DNA of 64,000 nucleotides from NCBI RefSeq assembly GCF_057098645.1, contig NZ_CM169472.1; one strand, 5' to 3'. Shown piece by piece: positions 63,291 to 64,000 of this stretch (position 1 is its first letter; each line of letters starts with the position of its first letter). The notes under the pieces were generated by a model. It saw only the letters and a program-made list of their open reading frames with translations, ran no database searches and was not told where the DNA came from. The position numbers and the translations under genes were made by a program.

Positions 63291-64000
63291 TCAAAACGGA
63301 AACAGCATCGGGATCATCACCACACAAACCGCCATCACGATAATGGTGAACGGTACCCCCAACTTCACAAAGTCACTGAAGCTGTAATTTCCCGGACCTA
63401 AAACCAGGGTGTTAACCGGTGAAGAAACCGGTGTCATAAAGGCGGCGGATGCTGCCATCGCCACGACCATCGCGAATGGATAAGGCGACACACCCATCGT
63501 TTTGGCAGCAGCCAGCGCAATAGGAGCCATCAACACCGCCGTCGCGGTATTAGAGATAAATAGCCCAATAACCGCCGACAAGACAAACAAACAACCCAGC
63601 ATCATATGTGGCCCGTAACCACCGCCAATGTCCATCAGCCCTTTCACCGCCAGCGCGACACCTCCCGTTTTCTGTAATGCCACAGCAAACGGCATCATCC
63701 CAACGATCAAAATAATGCTCGGCCAGTGAATGGATTTATAGGCGCTTTCAGCATCTATACAGCGGAATTTCCCCATCAGCAGGCAGGCGATGATAGCGGC
63801 AACAGGATTAGGAATTTCATCGGTCAGCATTAACGCCACCATTAGCACCAGACAGAAAATGGCATGGGGTGCCTGGCTGTGCGCGGGCGATGCTTCACTC
63901 ACCTCTTCCGGTAAGTTCAGCGCTACGAAGTCGCGGCCCTGTTTGGCCAGCATACCGATCAGTTTCCAGTTACCCACAACCAGGATGATATCGCCCAGCA
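63291..64000 (-). CDS. yfbS: Putative ion transporter YfbS, C-terminal part (gene continues beyond window end)
   Basis: Minus-strand ORF with stop at 63291-63293 and hydrophobic transporter-like sequence (...[73 protein letters not shown]...); open to the window edge. Confidence 0.75.

Overview
This window reads as ordinary, well-characterised Escherichia coli-type core chromosome, not a novel island; the one module that deserves a second look is the Rpn-family nuclease yfaD/rpnB with its duplicated C-terminal domain gene ypaA. Gene identities come from reading the supplied six-frame translations and recognising the proteins; no database search was run, so strain-comparison statements are from memory. 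Gene order: yfaL (partial) / nrdA-nrdB-yfaE / inaA / MFS transporter + LysR regulator / glpQ-glpT / glpA-glpB-glpC / yfaD(rpnB)-ypaA / rhmA-rhmT-rhmD-rhmR (yfaUVWX) / yfaY / yfaZ / nudI / ais / arnB-C-A-D-T-E-F / pmrD / menE-C-B-H-D-F / elaB-elaA / rbn / elaD / decayed yfbL-like remnant / yfbM / nuoN through nuoA (minus strand) / lrhA / alaA-yfbR / yfbS (partial). I found no rRNA, tRNA, CRISPR array, IS element or prophage. Non-coding features I can support are REP/BIME palindromes (a three-unit array between nrdA and nrdB), DnaA and NrdR boxes at the nrdAB promoter, a PmrA box upstream of arnB, a CRP/GlpR-like control region between glpT and glpA, and several hairpin terminators. Secondary observations are gene-content differences from K-12 as I recall it: an intact MFS + LysR pair where K-12 has the yfaH pseudogene, a decayed yfbL with no yfbK beside low-GC elaD, and a yfbM-nuoN junction without yfbN-yfbP.
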